Sequence record: OZ035815.1
From: Kayfunavirus MT1B1P3
Length of the DNA stretch: 40,159 nt
Direction: 5' to 3' (one strand)
The translations under genes were made by a program, and so were the position numbers. This document shows, piece after piece, positions 36,625 to 40,159 of this stretch. The notes under the pieces are model-generated. The model was not told the origin of the DNA, did not search any database, and saw only the letters and a program-made list of their open reading frames with translations. Each line of letters begins with the position of its first letter. Within the stretch, counting starts at the first letter, position 1.

Positions 36625-36642
36625 ACTATCACTATAGGAAAC
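36621..36642 (+). promoter_or_regulatory. phage RNAP promoter (phi17-like)
   Basis: ctaaactatcactataggaaac; gp16 stop codon embedded. Confidence 0.65.
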
Positions 36643-36688
36643 GGGAGGCGCTACCATAGGTCTCCTTTAATTCATAACAGGAGGCATA

Positions 36689-39600
36689 ATGTCCACGATT
36701 ACACAATTCCCTTCAGGAAACACTCAGTACAGGATTGAGTTCGACTACCTAGCCAGAACGTTTATTGTTGTTACGCTGGTGAATAGCTCTAACCCTACCC
36801 TAAACCGTGTACTGGAAGTTGGTCGAGATTACCGATTCCTTAATCCAACGATGATTGAGATGTTGGTTGACCAATCAGGTTTCGACATCGTTCGTATTCA
36901 CCGTCAGACTGGAACTGACTTAGTGGTAGACTTCAGGAATGGCTCAGTGTTGACAGCTAGTGACCTGACTAATTCAGAGCTTCAGGCTATCCATATTGCA
37001 GAAGAAGGTCGAGACCAAACGGTTGACTTAGCGAAGGAATATGCCGATGCTGCTAGTAGCTCTGCTGGCAACGCTAAGGATAGCGAGGACGAAGCACGAC
37101 GAATCGCTGAGAGTATCAGGGAAGCTGGTAGACTTGGCTATATTACCCGTCGCTCCTTCGAGAAAGGCTACAACGTTACAACATGGAGCGAGGTCCTGCT
37201 ATGGGAAGAGGATGGTGATTATTACCGCTGGGATGGTACGCTTCCAAAGAACGTTCCTGCTGGTTCAACTCCTGAAACTTCCGGTGGGATTGGATTAGGT
37301 GCGTGGGTTAGTGTTGGTGATGCTGCTTTAAGAAGTCAGATTTCAAATCCTGAAGGGGCAATACTCTACCCTGAATTACATAGAGCACGCTGGCTTGATG
37401 AAAAAGATGTTCGTGGTTGGGGTGCTAAAGGTGATGGCGTCACTGATGATACAGCAGCGTTAACGAGCGCATTAAACGACATACCGGTTGGACAAAAGAT
37501 TAATGGCAATGGGAAGACATATAAGGTCACATCCCTACCTGACATTAGTCGCTTCATCAACACTCGTTTCGTTTATGAGCGCATTCCCGGACAACCTCTT
37601 TATTATGCCTCTGAGGAATTTGTTCAGGGTGAGTTGTTCAAAATAACGGACACCCCTTATTACAATGCGTGGCCTCAGGATAAAGCGTTCGTATATGATA
37701 ATGTGATATATGCACCTTACATGGGTAGCGATCGTCATGGTGTTAGTCGTCTGCATGTATCATGGGTTAAGTCTGGTGATGATGGTCAAACATGGTCTAC
37801 TCCAGAGTGGCTAACTGATCTGCATCCAGATTACCCTACAGTGAACTATCACTGTATGAGTATGGGTGTATGTCGCAACCGTCTGTTTGCCATGATTGAA
37901 ACACGTACTTTAGCCAAGAACGCATTAACCAATTGTGCATTATGGGATCGCCCCATGTCTCGTAGCCTGCATCTTACTGGTGGTATCACTAAAGCTGCAA
38001 ATCAGCAATATGCAACAATACATGTACCAGACCACGGACTATTCGTGGGTGATTTTGTTAACTTCTCTAATTCTGCGGTAACAGGTGTATCCGGTGATAT
38101 GACTGTTGCAACCGTAATAGATAAGGACAACTTCACGGTTCTTACACCCAACCAGCAGACTTCAGATTTGAATAACGCTGGAAAGAATTGGCACATGGGT
38201 ACGTCTTTCCATAAGTCTCCATGGCGTAAGACAGACCTTGGTCTAATCCCTCGTGTCACAGAGGTGCATAGCTTTGCTACTATTGATAACAATGGCTTTG
38301 TTATGGGTTATCATCAAGGCGATGTAGCTCCACGCGAAGTTGGGCTTTTCTACTTCCCTGACGCTTTCAATAGCCCATCTAGTTATGTTCGCCGTCAGAT
38401 ACCATCTGAGTATGAACCAGATGCGTCAGAGCCGTGCATAAAGTACTATGACGGTGTATTATACCTTATCACTCGTGGCACTCGTGGGGATAGGCTAGGT
38501 AGCTCTTTGCATCGTAGTAGAGACATAGGTCAGACTTGGGAGTCACTGAGATTTCCACATAATGTTCATCATACTACATTACCTTTTGCTAAAGTAGGGG
38601 ATGACCTTATTATGTTTGGTTCAGAACGTGCAGAAAATGAATGGGAAGCAGGTGCACCAGATGATCGTTACAAGGCATCTTATCCTCGCACCTTCTATGC
38701 ACGATTGAATGTAAACAATTGGAATGCAGATGATATTGAATGGGTTAACATCACTGACCAGATTTATCAGGGCGGAATAGTTAACTCAGGTGTAGGTGTT
38801 GGTTCGGTAGTTGTGAAGGATAATTACATCTACTACATGTTTGGTGGAGAGGACCATTTTAACCCATGGACCTATGGAGATAACTCAGCGAAGGACCCAT
38901 TCAAAGCGGATGGTCATCCCTCAGATTTGTATTGCTACAAAATGAAGATTGGCCCAAGCAATCATGTTTCCCGTGATTTCAGGTATGGTGCTGTACCTAA
39001 CAGAGCTGTTCCCGTGTTTTTTGATACGAATGGGATTCGCACTGTTCCTGCACCAATGGAATTTACAGGGGATTTGGGTTTAGGTCATGTGACCCTTAGA
39101 GCCAGCACCAGTAGTAACATTCGCTCTGAAGTTTTAATGGAAGGTGAATATGGGTTTATCGGGAAGTCTATACCGACTGATAACCCGGCAGGGCAGCGCA
39201 CCATATTTTGCGGAGGTGAAGGCACCAGTTCAACGACTGGCGCACAGATTACGCTTTATGGTGCAAATAACACAGACTCAAGGCGAATAGTTTACAATGG
39301 TGATGAGCATCTGTTCCAGACTGCTGACGTTAAGCCTTATAACGATAACGTCATTGCGCTTGGTGGACCAAGTAACCGTTTCACAACTGCATATCTCGGA
39401 AGCAACCCTATTGTTACTTCTAATGGGGAGAAGAAAACAGAGCCGGTAGTTTTTGATGATGCTTTCCTAGATGCCTGGGGTGACGTTCACTACATCATGT
39501 ATCAATGGTTAGATGCTGTTCAACTGAAAGGCAATGATGCTCGTATTCACTTCGGGGTTATTGCTCAGCAAATTCGTGATGTATTCATTGCACACGGTCT

Positions 39601-39883
39601 GATGGATGAAAACAGTACGAATTGTCGTTATGCCGTTCTGTGCTATGACAAGTATCCACGGATGACCGATACGGTATTTTCGCACAATGAAATCATTGAA
39701 CACACTGACGAGGAGGGTAATGTCACTACTACGGAAGAGCCTGTATTCACTGAGGTGGTTATCCATGAAGAGGGTGAGGAGTGGGGTGTTCGGCCTGACG
39801 GAATTTTCTTTGCTGAAGCCGCTTATCAGAGAAGAAAACTGGAAAGAATCGAAGCCAGACTTTCTGCTCTTGAACAGAAGTAA
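36689..39883 (+). CDS. 17: tail fibre/tailspike: T7 gp17-like N-terminal adaptor fused to endosialidase-like catalytic region and C-terminal intramolecular chaperone (peptidase S74-like) domain
   Basis: 1064 aa versus 553 in T7; N-terminus (FDYLARTFIVVTL...DYRF) resembles T7 gp17 N-terminal domain; remainder and C-terminal block (DAWGDVHYIMYQWLDAV...IHFGVIAQQI) recalled as K1F endosialidase and its C-terminal chaperone domain; marked drop in GC and change in codon use from about 37300. Confidence 0.85.
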   Translation: MSTITQFPSGNTQYRIEFDYLARTFIVVTLVNSSNPTLNRVLEVGRDYRFLNPTMIEMLVDQSGFDIVRIHRQTGTDLVVDFRNGSVLTASDLTNSELQAIHIAEEGRDQTVDLAKEYADAASSSAGNAKDSEDEARRIAESIREAGRLGYITRRSFEKGYNVTTWSEVLLWEEDGDYYRWDGTLPKNVPAGSTPETSGGIGLGAWVSVGDAALRSQISNPEGAILYPELHRARWLDEKDVRGWGAKGDGVTDDTAALTSALNDIPVGQKINGNGKTYKVTSLPDISRFINTRFVYERIPGQPLYYASEEFVQGELFKITDTPYYNAWPQDKAFVYDNVIYAPYMGSDRHGVSRLHVSWVKSGDDGQTWSTPEWLTDLHPDYPTVNYHCMSMGVCRNRLFAMIETRTLAKNALTNCALWDRPMSRSLHLTGGITKAANQQYATIHVPDHGLFVGDFVNFSNSAVTGVSGDMTVATVIDKDNFTVLTPNQQTSDLNNAGKNWHMGTSFHKSPWRKTDLGLIPRVTEVHSFATIDNNGFVMGYHQGDVAPREVGLFYFPDAFNSPSSYVRRQIPSEYEPDASEPCIKYYDGVLYLITRGTRGDRLGSSLHRSRDIGQTWESLRFPHNVHHTTLPFAKVGDDLIMFGSERAENEWEAGAPDDRYKASYPRTFYARLNVNNWNADDIEWVNITDQIYQGGIVNSGVGVGSVVVKDNYIYYMFGGEDHFNPWTYGDNSAKDPFKADGHPSDLYCYKMKIGPSNHVSRDFRYGAVPNRAVPVFFDTNGIRTVPAPMEFTGDLGLGHVTLRASTSSNIRSEVLMEGEYGFIGKSIPTDNPAGQRTIFCGGEGTSSTTGAQITLYGANNTDSRRIVYNGDEHLFQTADVKPYNDNVIALGGPSNRFTTAYLGSNPIVTSNGEKKTEPVVFDDAFLDAWGDVHYIMYQWLDAVQLKGNDARIHFGVIAQQIRDVFIAHGLMDENSTNCRYAVLCYDKYPRMTDTVFSHNEIIEHTDEEGNVTTTEEPVFTEVVIHEEGEEWGVRPDGIFFAEAAYQRRKLERIEARLSALEQK

Positions 39884-39994
39884 TAAACAAAACCCTTTTG
39901 CCATTAAGTTGTGGAGGTAGAGGCTAACTACACGCTAAACAACATAAGGTAACAACTTTGGGTCACGGACGACCCGCTTTAAACTGGAGGTTTT

Positions 39995-40159
39995 ATGATT
40001 GAGTTAGACTTCAAGAATGAGGTCCTTAAAGCCTCTCCTATCGTCGGGACCGCTGCGGCTGATGGTGCCAGTCGGTTCTTCTTCGGACTTACACTGAACG
40101 AATGGTTCTACGTTGCAGCTATCGCGTACACCGTTGTCCAGATTGGTGTGCTAGTCTAC
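39995..40159 (+). CDS. 17.5: holin, class II (T7 gp17.5-like), 3'-truncated by window end
   Basis: MIELDFKNEVLKASPIVGTAAADGASRFFFGLTLNEWFYVAAIAYTVVQIG matches recalled T7 gp17.5 (MLSLDFNNELIKAAPIVGTGVADVSARLFFGLSLNEWFYVAAIAYTVVQIG); SD ggagg upstream. Confidence 0.85.
   Translation, partial: MIELDFKNEVLKASPIVGTAAADGASRFFFGLTLNEWFYVAAIAYTVVQIGVLVY

Noticed and set aside
39509-39904. 131-aa minus-strand ORF overlapping the 3' end of the tail fibre gene
   Set aside because: Antisense shadow ORF in the AT-rich acquired region; no SD, no homology, and no other minus-strand genes in the genome.

Overview
The window is a near-complete genome of a T7-like podophage (Autographiviridae, T7/Studiervirinae type), about 40 kb, with every supportable gene on the + strand in canonical T7 order. 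The assembly is circularly permuted: it opens at gene 18 (small terminase) and runs 18.5/18.7, 19, 19.5, then the physical genome terminus at about 3300 (collapsed terminal repeat flanked by short-repeat arrays), host-RNAP early promoters, the early region (Ocr-like 0.3, RNA polymerase), DNA metabolism genes (ligase, SSB, endonuclease I, lysozyme, primase-helicase, DNA polymerase, exonuclease), structural genes (portal, scaffold, capsid, tail tubular A/B, internal virion proteins 13-16), a 1064-aa tail fibre, and the start of the holin at the window end. Eleven copies of a phage-promoter consensus (cTAAACTATCACTATAGGgA) were found by eye. Protein identities rest on recalled similarity to T7 proteins, not on database searches. 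The tail fibre resembles from memory the endosialidase of K1-capsule-specific coliphages (K1F-like), so this is probably a K1F-type phage. No single new multi-gene system stands out; the best candidates for undescribed biology are the accessory ORFs at positions where T7 has different or no genes: an Ocr-like protein with a repeat-containing C-terminal extension, an early module that lacks the 0.7 kinase but carries a protein with a transposase-like HTH, two small ORFs in the replication-origin region, a 157-aa ORF between endonuclease I and lysozyme, an ASCH/DUF3850-like ORF between the tail tubular genes, and a non-homologous ORF in the gp5.9 slot.
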